64,000 nt of DNA from contig JBBRPR010000030.1 in the NCBI GenBank assembly GCA_038227875.1, positions 1 to 64,000 on the forward strand, given 5' to 3'. Positions 1 through 9,674 of the stretch are shown here, piece after piece. A program made the position numbers and the translations under genes. The DNA comes from Planctomycetota bacterium (GTDB lineage: Bacteria; Planctomycetota; SZUA-567; H5-PLA8). Under the pieces are notes generated by a model, which saw only the letters and a list, made by a program, of their open reading frames with translations, ran no database searches and was not told the origin of the DNA. Positions within the stretch are counted from its first letter, which is position 1; the number at the start of each line of letters is the position of its first letter.

Positions 1-428
1 CCGGGTGCCACTCGTCTGAAGCAGTTCTCAGACGAGTGCAAGATGGACATCGCGTTTGCAATTTGGACCGTCACGCCCGTCTTGCAAAAAGAGCGCCGGA
101 GTGTGCCACTGGTGGCTAGCCGTTAAGCCACCAGTGCCCGCCCTCGCGAACAAAGCTCGCCCGTTCGATGCGTCCAGACCGCGAGCAACCCGCGGCATGA
201 TAGGGCGCCCGATTCCCACGCCGCCACAGTCGTCCTTCCAGGTCTCAGACGATCTCAACCCCTCACGAACCATCCACCTCGGTCCGCGAGTTCGCACTGG
301 TGGACAAGCCACCAGTGGCACACTCCAACGCTCAAATTCCAAGACAACGCTCATGATCCAAATTGCAATCGCAACGTCCAACTCGCACCCGTCTCAACAG
401 TGAGACGGGTGGCATCGGTGGCACCCGG
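1..428. repeat. Cluster of four REP-like palindromes in nested inverted arrangement (REPIN/BIME-like)
   Basis: Hairpins at 9-38, 107-136, 295-317 and 386-411. The first two are preceded by GTGC and the last two are followed by GCA(C/T). Outer inverted pair ccgggtgcca (1-10) / tggcacccgg (419-428). Confidence 0.65.
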
Positions 429-692
429 TGACCACCCAGAATAATCGACCCCAAACCATGTAACATTCGGTAACATTTTGAAACATCGCCGAGCAAGGAG
501 AACTCAACACCAACCTGCAGTTCTTTGCGCCTTAGCGGCTTTGCGTGAGAATAAAAACCCGCCGTCCTTAGCACCTTCGTGAAAGATCAAATTCCAGGAG
601 TAAGAAACGCATTCTATCGAATTGCCCCGCTACACATTCTTGCTATTGTATGGACAATTATTCAACTCACCTTGGAAACACTTGGAGGCATC

Positions 693-3600
693 ATGCCTGA
701 CATCCGCGCCTGTTCACGTGTGGCTCTCTTTCTGGTTCTACCTCTTATTGTTGCCTCGGCCCGCGCATCCGACTCGTCCAACATGAGCAACACCGATGTG
801 CAGCCCATCCACATCTTCCCCGTCCTCTCCAGCCCTTCCGTCAAGAATGGCCAGAGCATCAAAGTCAGTGCAGTCGTGAAAGCGCCGGCAGGAGTGCGGT
901 CGGTCACCGCCGACTTCGGCGGCGTGGAAACGATCAAACTCAGTCCGGAAACCAAGGCAATCAGCGCGACCGGAATCTGGTCGGCCACGTGGAGCGGCCA
1001 CGATCTTCAGGAGAAGATCTACCGGCTGAAAATCACCGCCACCGATGCGCTCGGCAACATCAGCGAAGACAGCTCGCTGGAATTCTCCGACCCGGCCGCT
1101 GGCTTCAGCACCCCCGGCGTGAACACCTATCCCAACGACGACCTCGCGGTTGCACGCAGGGACAACGCCTTCCTGCCGACGGAAAACAGTTGTTATTCCG
1201 TGGCTTACAATCCAACCACCAATATGGCATTGTTCTCCGTCAACGGCACGCCCAACAATATCGTTCAAGTCGACATGGGTTCCCTTTCCAAAGCGCCGGT
1301 ACGCGTGGGCGTGGTGCAGTTGAACGTCGGCGAAATCAATTGCGTCACGGCCGTCGTCGATACGGTCAACAACGTTGCGCTCTTCGCCACCGATACCAAT
1401 CCCTCCCAGGTCATCAAAGTGGCGTTCGGAGTCGGCGGCGCGCCGCCCACGCGCGTCGGAGCGGTGACGCTCAACGCCGGTGAAAATCGCTGCTATTCGT
1501 CGGTGATCGACCCGGCCAGCAACCAGGCCCTGTTCGGCATGTTCACCGCACCAGGCATCGTGGTGAAAATTTCGGTGAATGCCGCCAACGCCGCGCCGAC
1601 ACGCGTCAGCGCCCTGACCTTGAATGCAGGAGAAAGCAATCTGGCTGCCGCGGTGCTGGATGTTCCGTCGGGCATCGCGCTGTTCGGGACGTACACCTCG
1701 CCCGGCAACGCGGTCAAAGTTCAGCTCAACGCCATCGGCTCACCACCGACGCGAATTGGTGTGGCGCCGTTTCTGTCCGGCGAAAATCAATGCGTCAGCG
1801 CCGTCGCCGACTTCGCCAACGGCATCGCGCTCTTCGGAACCTTCGATAGCCCGGGCAGGATCGTCAAGGTGGCATTCGGAATGCCCGCAGCCGCGCCTAC
1901 CCGCGTCGGGTCGCTGACTTTGAATGCTGGCGAAAATACGCTCTATTCCGCGGCGATCGATCCGGCCAACGGAGTTGCCGTCTACGCCTCCACGACCACT
2001 CCCAGCGTGATTGTGAAAGTCAGCCTCGGAGCGCCCGCGGCGGCACCGACGCGCACAGCAGCAATTCCAGCGCCGACGGGACAGAATGGTCCGGTCGCTG
2101 CGATTTCCGATCCCACAAACGGCCGCATGGTTTTTGTGCCCTTCATTCCCAGCAATACGCAGTTGCTCTCCGTCGTCTACTCGCCCCAAGGTATGCTGAC
2201 GGGCACGAAATTCACCGTCGCCGAGAACGCTGCCGTGACCGACGTGCATTTATTCACCCATCTTAGTGGCAACACCGTGCGGCTGGGCATCTACGACAGC
2301 GCGTACAATCTGCTCTGGCAGACACTGAATCCCGTCGCAACAGTGGCGGGTGCGGAAATTGTGGTTCCCATTTCCAGCGGCACGCCCGCGAGCATCGGTT
2401 TGCCGCCGGGCACGTACTATCTGGCGTTCCAATGCAGTAACGCAGTGAACGCGCCGAGCTTTACCGCCGGAACAACCGGCGACGGCTTCGTCGCCTTTCA
2501 AGACTTTGGACCGTTCGCCACGCTGGCGGCCCCCAGTGTTACGTCCACGACCTCAAAATTCACGGAGTACCTCACGTACAGCCAGTACCAGGGTGCGGCA
2601 AGCGTTTCGCTGACCACGCAGGACAATCCCGGCGTGCTCAACACCAACGTGACGGTCACGCTCTCGTCGCTCGGCGGCGATCCCACGCTGGGGCAGTCCT
2701 ACTCGGTGCTGTTTGGCGATGGCAGCGCGCCGGTCACCGGCTTCTTCGCCGCGAATGGCTCCGCCGATGTCGTTCACGTGTATACAGTGCCCGGAGACTA
2801 CACAGTCTCGGCGACCGTCAGCGACGGAATTTCGCCGAACTCGCTGACCTTGCAGGAATCGATTCCCGCACCGGGCGCGCCGGGAGAAAAGAATGTCTCC
2901 GACAACACCGATACGATTACCAATCCGCTCAATAACCTCAAGATCAGCGTGCTCAACTCCAACGGCGGCGTGATTCAACTGGGCATCGACGTCAGTACCC
3001 TCAAGCGCGACGTCTTCAACGTCAGCACCAACTTTGACGACATCACCGGTCGGAGTTCCGTCGTCATGGGCATCCGCCCCGTTCACTTGTTCACCAATCA
3101 CGGTCTTTTCGTCGCCACGGTCTCCGCCACCGATCCGGCAACGGGAGCGCTGGTCGGCAAGGGCCGCAAGACACTCGCGTTGAGCACCCGCGAAACAGCC
3201 GAGACGCTCAGCGCCAACGCGCCAAGTGGGGACGCGCCGAGCTCGAAGATCACCACCAAGTCCATGAAGGGAAAGTTCGTCTTCAGCGGCACGAAGACCG
3301 ACGCCGTGTCGTACAGCGGCATCATCAAGTTGCCGCCGGGACTCAATACCGCCAAGCCGCACGAATTGGCCATCGCCATCGGCAACATCGTGACGACCAC
3401 AACTCTCGACGCCAAAGGAACGGCCGCCCCCAAGGGTGCGCTGAAGAAGCTGAAAGTGACGTACGTGAAACTCAAGAAAGGTTCGATCACCAAGGGCGGC
3501 GAAGAAGCGAAAGTCGATGCGACCATCAGCGCCTCCGGACTGATCGTGAATGGTTTCGACACCGAAGGACTCAGTGCCACCGCGGCTGATGCGACCAAGG

Positions 3601-3734
3601 GAAAGAAGGCCAACCGCAGCATTCAGATCGCGGTGGAACTGGAAGGCGTGACCTACGAAACGCTCGCGCCGGTCACGTTCTCGGTCTCTAATAAGGCCGA
3701 CTCGGGGACAATTGCGGGCCGCAACGGGCTGTGA
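693..3734 (+). CDS. Large secreted/surface protein with beta-propeller-like repeats and PKD-like domain
   Basis: GGAGG RBS before ATG 693; signal peptide; repeated 'PTRVG..TLNAGEN...A..D....ALFG' units; 'FGDGS...HVYTVPGDYTVSATVSDG' PKD motif. Confidence 0.75.
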   Translation: MPDIRACSRVALFLVLPLIVASARASDSSNMSNTDVQPIHIFPVLSSPSVKNGQSIKVSAVVKAPAGVRSVTADFGGVETIKLSPETKAISATGIWSATWSGHDLQEKIYRLKITATDALGNISEDSSLEFSDPAAGFSTPGVNTYPNDDLAVARRDNAFLPTENSCYSVAYNPTTNMALFSVNGTPNNIVQVDMGSLSKAPVRVGVVQLNVGEINCVTAVVDTVNNVALFATDTNPSQVIKVAFGVGGAPPTRVGAVTLNAGENRCYSSVIDPASNQALFGMFTAPGIVVKISVNAANAAPTRVSALTLNAGESNLAAAVLDVPSGIALFGTYTSPGNAVKVQLNAIGSPPTRIGVAPFLSGENQCVSAVADFANGIALFGTFDSPGRIVKVAFGMPAAAPTRVGSLTLNAGENTLYSAAIDPANGVAVYASTTTPSVIVKVSLGAPAAAPTRTAAIPAPTGQNGPVAAISDPTNGRMVFVPFIPSNTQLLSVVYSPQGMLTGTKFTVAENAAVTDVHLFTHLSGNTVRLGIYDSAYNLLWQTLNPVATVAGAEIVVPISSGTPASIGLPPGTYYLAFQCSNAVNAPSFTAGTTGDGFVAFQDFGPFATLAAPSVTSTTSKFTEYLTYSQYQGAASVSLTTQDNPGVLNTNVTVTLSSLGGDPTLGQSYSVLFGDGSAPVTGFFAANGSADVVHVYTVPGDYTVSATVSDGISPNSLTLQESIPAPGAPGEKNVSDNTDTITNPLNNLKISVLNSNGGVIQLGIDVSTLKRDVFNVSTNFDDITGRSSVVMGIRPVHLFTNHGLFVATVSATDPATGALVGKGRKTLALSTRETAETLSANAPSGDAPSSKITTKSMKGKFVFSGTKTDAVSYSGIIKLPPGLNTAKPHELAIAIGNIVTTTTLDAKGTAAPKGALKKLKVTYVKLKKGSITKGGEEAKVDATISASGLIVNGFDTEGLSATAADATKGKKANRSIQIAVELEGVTYETLAPVTFSVSNKADSGTIAGRNGL

Positions 3735-3872
3735 ACTTATCGGTACAGTGCATGCAGAATACAAAATCAGCGCAATTTCCCTGCGGAGTGACGAAGACCA
3801 ATCCGGCCTTCTCCTATGACGAAATGGAGCAGAAACGGTCGCTATAAAGGGGTCAAATCGCAATAACACCCC

Positions 3873-3950
3873 ATTTTCCCTATGAAAAACGGCCGGAAAT
3901 GACGATTTTCCCTATAGAAGTGTTGACTCCCATAGGGAAAAGTGCATAGT
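3873..3950 (+). promoter_or_regulatory. Putative sigma70 promoter overlapped by repeated operator-like motif
   Basis: attttccctat at 3873 and 3905, inverted atagggaaaa at 3932; TTGACT 3923-3928 and catagt 3945-3950. Confidence 0.45.
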
Positions 3951-4022
3951 GAGCCTCGCTTTCCAGGGGGGCTGGGCCTGCAGAGACAGGCGGTTTTCAG
4001 GATTTTTAGGAGGACATTCATT

Positions 4023-4301
4023 ATGGCGAAGGCAGCAAAACCGGCAGGACGCAAGCCGAACGCGGCATTCATGAAGCCGTTGCAGCCGGACGAAGCACTG
4101 GCCAAGGTAGTCGGCGATAAGCCGCTCCCGCGGACGGAAGTCACCAAGAAGCTGTGGGCCTACATCAAGAAGAACGACCTGCAGGACGCGAAGAAGCGCA
4201 CGCAGATCAATGCCGATGAAAAGCTCCTGCCGATCTTCGGTGGCAAGAAGCAGGTCTCCATGTTCGAAATGACGAAGCTGGTCGGCGCGCACCTCAAGTA
4301 A
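4023..4301 (+). CDS. SWIB/MDM2 domain protein
   Basis: AGGAGG RBS; 'AFMKPLQPDEALAKVVG..PLPRTEVTKKLWAYIKKNDLQD...INADEKL...VSMFEMTK'. Confidence 0.93.
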   Translation: MAKAAKPAGRKPNAAFMKPLQPDEALAKVVGDKPLPRTEVTKKLWAYIKKNDLQDAKKRTQINADEKLLPIFGGKKQVSMFEMTKLVGAHLK

Positions 4302-4352
4302 CCGCCGCGTTCGCGGAACTTCGCGAACAACGAGCCAGATCAAGCCACACAC

Positions 4353-4390
4353 AAAGAAGGGGAACGAGCCGTGAGCTCTTCCCTTTTTTT
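4353..4390 (+). terminator. Intrinsic terminator
   Basis: aaggggaa-gagc/gctc-ttccctt stem followed by T7. Confidence 0.7.
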
Positions 4391-4432
4391 GTTTATAACG
4401 TAGATAAGCCAGAGTACATCAGTTGGAGAGAT

Positions 4433-5143
4433 TTGATGAGCACCCCCACCCCGCCCGCGTTCGTTCCCGTCGCCATCGCCGACCTACGTCCCGAAACGCC
4501 GGAGCTCTTCCACCTCACATTGAAAGCTCCTCCGGAGTTCCTGAGCGCCTACACGGTGCCGGGGCAGTACGTCCAGATTCAAATGGAAGGCATGAAGCCC
4601 GGCTTCTTCGCGATCGCCAGTCCGCCGCATAAAGAGCAGTTGGAATTCCTGATCAAGCGTGGCGCACCCGCCGCCGACGCCATCGGCGCAAAGAAGGCCG
4701 GCGAGACCCTGCACGTCACCGCGCCCGGCGGCAAGGGTTACCCCTTGTCACACGCACACGGTCGCGATGTTTACGTCGTCGGCGTGGGTTCCGGCATGGC
4801 GCCGCTGCGCGCCCTGATGCACACCTTACTGTCCAAGCGCGCAGACTTCGGCACGATTCACTTCCTCTACGGCGCGCGCAAGGTTGCGCACATTCCGTAC
4901 GCCAACGATGTGAAGGTGTGGGAACGCGACGGCGTCAAAGTCACGCTCGCCTGCTCGCAGCCCGAGCCCGGCACCTGGAGCGGCGCGACCGGACACATTC
5001 AGGACGTCTTCCGCGGCACGCGCCCGACTGTCGCGGCCAACAGCACCATTTTCGTATGCGGGATGAAGCCGATGGTCGAGGGCGTGAAAGCCGCGTTCGC
5101 CGAGCTTGGAGTCGGCGCGGACCGCGTCTTCCAGAATTTCTGA
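4433..5143 (+). CDS. FAD/NAD(P)-binding oxidoreductase (ferredoxin reductase-like)
   Basis: PGQY, FAIASPP, GSGMAP, YGAR, VCG..M motifs; C-terminal F. Confidence 0.85.
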   Translation: MMSTPTPPAFVPVAIADLRPETPELFHLTLKAPPEFLSAYTVPGQYVQIQMEGMKPGFFAIASPPHKEQLEFLIKRGAPAADAIGAKKAGETLHVTAPGGKGYPLSHAHGRDVYVVGVGSGMAPLRALMHTLLSKRADFGTIHFLYGARKVAHIPYANDVKVWERDGVKVTLACSQPEPGTWSGATGHIQDVFRGTRPTVAANSTIFVCGMKPMVEGVKAAFAELGVGADRVFQNF

Positions 5144-5209
5144 CGGAACCCTGTAGCAAATTTGCAACAGGGTTCCGGATTTAACCAGGGAACGAATTCG
5201 TTCCCTGGT
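5144..5209. terminator. Two adjacent palindromes between convergent genes (bidirectional terminator or REP)
   Basis: 34-bp near-perfect palindrome 5144-5177 and perfect 26-bp palindrome 5184-5209. Confidence 0.6.
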
Positions 5210-5728
5210 CTAGCTCTTGCCAATCGGCGGCCGGCGCTTGGCCATGATCGCGGACTTCTTCGCGAGCTTGGTGCTCGTGTCCGACAGTCGGCTGCAGAGG
5301 ATGCGCCCGAGGTTGATGCCGATGCGCAGCGCGGTCAGGTTGTCGCCGCGCAGTTTGGTGGCGAAGAGATCGGCTGGCAGAAATCCCGTGATCACGTTCG
5401 ACGATGCGCGGATTCCCGCGGAGCGCTGCTTGCCGTTGAGCAATCCCATCTCGCCGAAGAAGCTCGGTGCTTCAATGTCGGAGAGTTTCATCTTGCCGTA
5501 GTCGGAACCTTTCAACACGGTGACGGAGCCTTCGGTGAGCAAGTATAGACCGTTGGGCAACTGGCCTTCCTTGAAGATCATCGTCCCTTCGGGAAAGTCA
5601 CGCCGCTCCAGCCAACTGTAGAGCTCCTTCAATTGCAGGGCCGACAGATCCTTGAAGATCTCGACCTGCTTGACGGCTTCTTCGTACATGTTGCACTCCT
5701 CCTCTATTTCATCGGATGCTTTCGCCAC
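5210..5728 (-). CDS. Cyclic nucleotide-binding domain protein
   Basis: IFKEG, LYLL.EG.V, FFGEMGLL...RSA motifs; start may be 5689. Confidence 0.85.
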   Translation of the reverse strand: MAKASDEIEEECNMYEEAVKQVEIFKDLSALQLKELYSWLERRDFPEGTMIFKEGQLPNGLYLLTEGSVTVLKGSDYGKMKLSDIEAPSFFGEMGLLNGKQRSAGIRASSNVITGFLPADLFATKLRGDNLTALRIGINLGRILCSRLSDTSTKLAKKSAIMAKRRPPIGKS

Positions 5729-7670
5729 TGGCTAGCTTCAACTCAGGAAGATCAATGTGATGCAGAATACCTCTCACGATCACGTTGTATATACCCTTCG
5801 GCTCATAAAATTTCGCGGCCGTCCAGTTTCCAAAGCTGCCAAGGCCGTCGACGATCTTCACCGCGCGGATGCGCGTATCGAGCGCTGCGGCGAGATGGAG
5901 ATACAGACTCTGCGTGCCCGCGCCGTATCCGTGAATGTTGGAAGCATCGTGATCCGGCCAGATGGCGATCATGTCCAGCGCGCGCAGCACGTCGAATGTC
6001 CGCACCAGCGCCAGTTCGTCGCCGAGAAAGAACAAGTCGGTCGTGAGTTTGTGCAGCAGACCGAATTGATCGTCGGCGTTGCGCGGCGGCAAGGTCAGCG
6101 GCTTGAGCGGCCCCACGCCGGAGACGCTCAGCACCACCACCGCGCGGCCCGCTTTGCACTCGGATTGAATCCATGCCGCGTGCGGCTTCATGGCGCTGGT
6201 GCCTTCGTTCCAGACGGCCAGCGTGACGGGAAGTTTCTGACCCGCCCGCGCCTTGTCGCGCAGCGTGTGCGCGCAATTGAAGATGCCTTCCTGCGACCAC
6301 CACATCGCCGTCTCGACTGCCAGTTCATCGACCAGACCCTTTCCGTAATAGCGCGGATTGAGATCGCACGGCTTGCGTCCGCCCGTCACTCGGTCGCGCA
6401 GCCAGGCCACGGCCTGTGCCTGCCGCTGCGCGGGGTCCATGGTCTGGCGCTTCGCGGCGAGCGACCGGACGTTACGGGCCGTCGTCGCATGGACGAATTC
6501 CGCGTCGTTGTACTCCGTCTGCACGACTCCAGTGGCCGTGCACCACAACACTTTCTCGTCGACCGGCCGAATCTTCGCCGGGTCGAGCGTGCACTCCGCG
6601 CCGCGCAGATGCGTGCAGAAGAAGCGCGCCGCCGCGCGCGCCAGCGTGGCGGTGTAGGCGTGATTGGACTGATCCTCTTCCAGACGCAGACTGTCCGGCT
6701 TGCCGCAGAGTTCCCAGAATCGGCGCGTGCGCTGGAAAGTTTGGCGCGTGCCTTCGATCGGAAAGAAATCGCCCGTCACCGCAAGAATACAGACCGGCCG
6801 CGGCGCCATCGCCAGCACGATGTCCTCATGGTCGAAACCCGCGCTCGTGAAACCCGGCCAGATCTGTTCGGCGTCCTGCGCGCCGCCGGCGAGCAGGTAC
6901 GATTCGCGGTTCATGATGAACGTGCCCGGCGCGGCCGCCGCGATGCGCGGATCGCAGAGCATCATCAGCGAGGTCTGCGTGCCACCGCCGGAATTTCCCG
7001 TCACGCCGATGCGCGCGGGATCAACCTCCGGGCGCGACTGCAGGTAGTCGACGCCCCGCATCGCATCATGCAGAAAGTAACGCGCCATCGATTCGCCCAG
7101 CGGCAGGCACTGCGCGCCAGCGTAATCGTGTTCCGGCACGCCCCAATTTACGGTCGTGGCGTTCTTCTCGGAATCGAAGTAGCTCAGCCGCTCGCCCTGG
7201 CCGACGGGGTCCATCGCCAGCACAACCAATCCGGATTGCGCCAGATACTGGCAGACGGTCTGGTACTCCGGATACGCCTTGGCCTCGCGCGCGTGTCCGC
7301 AGACGAACAGCACCGCGCCGGTCCGGCCTTTCACATTTTCGGGAAGGTACAGCGCCGCCGTCACGAAATTTTTCGGACGGGACTGAAAGACAATCTTTTC
7401 GACGCGATAGCCTTCGCCCTTCAGGGTGCCAACGATGCGTGCATCCAGCGGCGAATCCGAGCTGGGCAGGCCGCCGAGATTCTGGATCGTCGTCTCTCGA
7501 ATCAGCTTCTGGCGGGCTTCCAGCGCGGCGCGGGTTGTAATCGCATCACGCGCCGCGTCGCCGGTAGCAAATGCCTGCTGGGAACGCTCGTAGACCCAGC
7601 GCTTGAGCTGATCGTTGACGTCGTACATCCAATGACCGGGCGAGGAATGTTCGAGCTCATCAAAGTTCAT
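5709..7670 (-). CDS. Alpha/beta hydrolase, acetylxylan esterase-like
   Basis: CGH, DPVGQGER, RIGVTGNSGGG nucleophile elbow, DAEQ. Confidence 0.8.
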   Translation of the reverse strand: MNFDELEHSSPGHWMYDVNDQLKRWVYERSQQAFATGDAARDAITTRAALEARQKLIRETTIQNLGGLPSSDSPLDARIVGTLKGEGYRVEKIVFQSRPKNFVTAALYLPENVKGRTGAVLFVCGHAREAKAYPEYQTVCQYLAQSGLVVLAMDPVGQGERLSYFDSEKNATTVNWGVPEHDYAGAQCLPLGESMARYFLHDAMRGVDYLQSRPEVDPARIGVTGNSGGGTQTSLMMLCDPRIAAAAPGTFIMNRESYLLAGGAQDAEQIWPGFTSAGFDHEDIVLAMAPRPVCILAVTGDFFPIEGTRQTFQRTRRFWELCGKPDSLRLEEDQSNHAYTATLARAAARFFCTHLRGAECTLDPAKIRPVDEKVLWCTATGVVQTEYNDAEFVHATTARNVRSLAAKRQTMDPAQRQAQAVAWLRDRVTGGRKPCDLNPRYYGKGLVDELAVETAMWWSQEGIFNCAHTLRDKARAGQKLPVTLAVWNEGTSAMKPHAAWIQSECKAGRAVVVLSVSGVGPLKPLTLPPRNADDQFGLLHKLTTDLFFLGDELALVRTFDVLRALDMIAIWPDHDASNIHGYGAGTQSLYLHLAAALDTRIRAVKIVDGLGSFGNWTAAKFYEPKGIYNVIVRGILHHIDLPELKLASGESIR

Positions 7671-7917
7671 GGGGACCTCAAGGGTTGAGATTTCATGACG
7701 ACGGGAGCGCAGGTAATCTCAGGAAGCATACACATTATAAGGTGACGTGATGGTTGAAAAGTAGCAGAGTCGCAGCGGTGCTCTAGGTGCACTTTCCCAT
7801 CTTCGATAATTGACTCTGAAGGCTCGAATTGCAACGGAGTCCAATTTAGTCGTAGCCGAAATCCTTCGATATATTAAAGTGCTCGGTCGAACAGGCTGGT
7901 AGAGAGGGGAATTCTGA

Positions 7918-9618
7918 ATGCAGAATACGACTGAGGCTGTACTTAGCGACAAACCTCAGACGCTACGTGTTCGCCAGTACGTACCTAAGAACCGGCGTCG
8001 GATCCTCTGCGTTTTTCCACGTTACACCCGTTCCTTCGGCACCATGCACCACGCTTACAAGCTGATGGCCGGCGTGAAAGCGTTCATGCCACCGCAGGGC
8101 ATCCTGGTTGTTGCGGCCTACTTGCCGGAACAATGGGAAGTCCGCTTCGTTGACGAAAGCATCGCTTCAGCTCGCGATTCGGATTACCAGTGGACCGATG
8201 TCGTGCTCCTCAGCGGCATGCACGTCCAGCGTGAGTTCATCTGCACGATCAGCGACCGCGCACACAAATTCGGGAAGATCACCGTCGTCGGCGGGCCGTC
8301 GGTCTCCGCCTGCCCGGAGTACTACCCCAACGTCGACATTCTGCATTGCGGCGAACTCGGCGATGCGACCGACAAGATCATCGAACGCCTCGACGCCAGC
8401 GTCGCGCGCCCGGCCAAGCAGGAAGTGTACCTGACCATGAATCGCCTGCCGCTGACGGACTTTCCGTTGCCGGCGTACAAGTTCGTGGACATGGGCAAAT
8501 ACTTTCTCGCCAGCGTCCAGTTCTCCAGCGGCTGTCCGTACAAGTGCGAATTCTGCGACATCCCGGAACTCTACGGCCGCAACCCGCGCCTCAAGTCGCC
8601 CAAGCAGGTCACCGCGGAACTCGACGCGATGCTCGCGCGCGGCAACCCGGGCGCGGTCTACTTCGTCGATGACAATTTCATCGCCAATCAGAAGGCGGCG
8701 ATCGAGCTGCTTCGAGAACTCGTCGAGTGGCAGAAAGCGCGCGGCTATCCTGTCCAGTTCGCCTGCGAAGCGACGCTTAATCTATCGCAGGTTCCGCAGG
8801 CGTTGGAATTGATGAAGGAAGCGTTCTTCTGCACGGTATTCTGCGGCATCGAAACGCCGGAAGAAGATGCGCTTGAATTCATCCACAAGGAACAAAATCT
8901 GCGCCGGCCGCTGCTCGACAGCATTCAGACGCTGAACAACTACGGCATCGAAGTCGTCTCCGGCATCATCATGGGGCTCGACACCGATTCGTTGGAGACC
9001 GGCGAGCGCGTCAGCCAGTTCATCCGCGCATCGAACATCCCGATGCTGACGATCAACATGCTCCATGCTCTGCCCAAGACACCGCTGTGGCGGCGCCTGG
9101 AACAGGCCAACCGCATCATCAAGTCGCCGGGCGGACGCGAATCGAACGTGGAATTCCTGCTGCCGTACCAGACGGTCGTCGACATGTGGCAGAAGTGCGT
9201 CGCCGAAGCGTATACGCCCGACGCCATTTACGAACGCTTCGAGTACCAGATTCAGAACACCTACCCCAAGCGCAAGCAGCTGCCGCCGACCAAGGCGCGC
9301 GTGAATCTGCCCAACATCCTGCGCGGCCTCTCGATTCTCTCGCGAATTTTCTGGTACGTCGGCGTCCGCTCCGATTACCGCAAGCGATTCTGGAAGATGG
9401 CGCTGCCGACGCTGAAGAAGCTGGACATCGAAGGCTGCATCCACACGGCCGTCGTCGCGCATCACATGATTCTCTTCGCGCGCGAATGTGCCAGCGGCGA
9501 GGCCGAGAAATGCTTCTACGGCGAGACGCCCAAGCGCATCGAAGCTTCCGCCGAGGTTCAGAAATCCGTCGCGGCGAAAGTGCCCGCGGCCACGCCGAGC
9601 ATGGCCGAGTCCGTCTGA
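7918..9618 (+). CDS. hpnP: B12-binding radical SAM methyltransferase, hopanoid C-2 methylase-like
   Basis: RRILCVFPRY, AFMPPQG.L..AAYLP, SGMH.QR, GGPSVSACP.YYP, CPYKCEFCDIP.LYGRNPRLK, ACEATLN and RESNV.FLLP match HpnP as I recall it. Confidence 0.82.
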   Translation: MQNTTEAVLSDKPQTLRVRQYVPKNRRRILCVFPRYTRSFGTMHHAYKLMAGVKAFMPPQGILVVAAYLPEQWEVRFVDESIASARDSDYQWTDVVLLSGMHVQREFICTISDRAHKFGKITVVGGPSVSACPEYYPNVDILHCGELGDATDKIIERLDASVARPAKQEVYLTMNRLPLTDFPLPAYKFVDMGKYFLASVQFSSGCPYKCEFCDIPELYGRNPRLKSPKQVTAELDAMLARGNPGAVYFVDDNFIANQKAAIELLRELVEWQKARGYPVQFACEATLNLSQVPQALELMKEAFFCTVFCGIETPEEDALEFIHKEQNLRRPLLDSIQTLNNYGIEVVSGIIMGLDTDSLETGERVSQFIRASNIPMLTINMLHALPKTPLWRRLEQANRIIKSPGGRESNVEFLLPYQTVVDMWQKCVAEAYTPDAIYERFEYQIQNTYPKRKQLPPTKARVNLPNILRGLSILSRIFWYVGVRSDYRKRFWKMALPTLKKLDIEGCIHTAVVAHHMILFARECASGEAEKCFYGETPKRIEASAEVQKSVAAKVPAATPSMAESV

Positions 9619-9674
9619 CGTTGACGGACTTTTAGCGTCTTCAGCTTTGCGGCATTTCAACTAAGCTTGCCCTC

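Noticed and set aside
28..574. Short ORFs at the window start
   Set aside because: They overlap the palindromic repeat cluster and have no RBS or recognisable motifs.
5757..7688. 643-aa plus-strand ORF
   Set aside because: Antisense shadow of the hydrolase, with no recognisable motifs. The same applies to similar shadows over glnE, the pil genes and the mutase.
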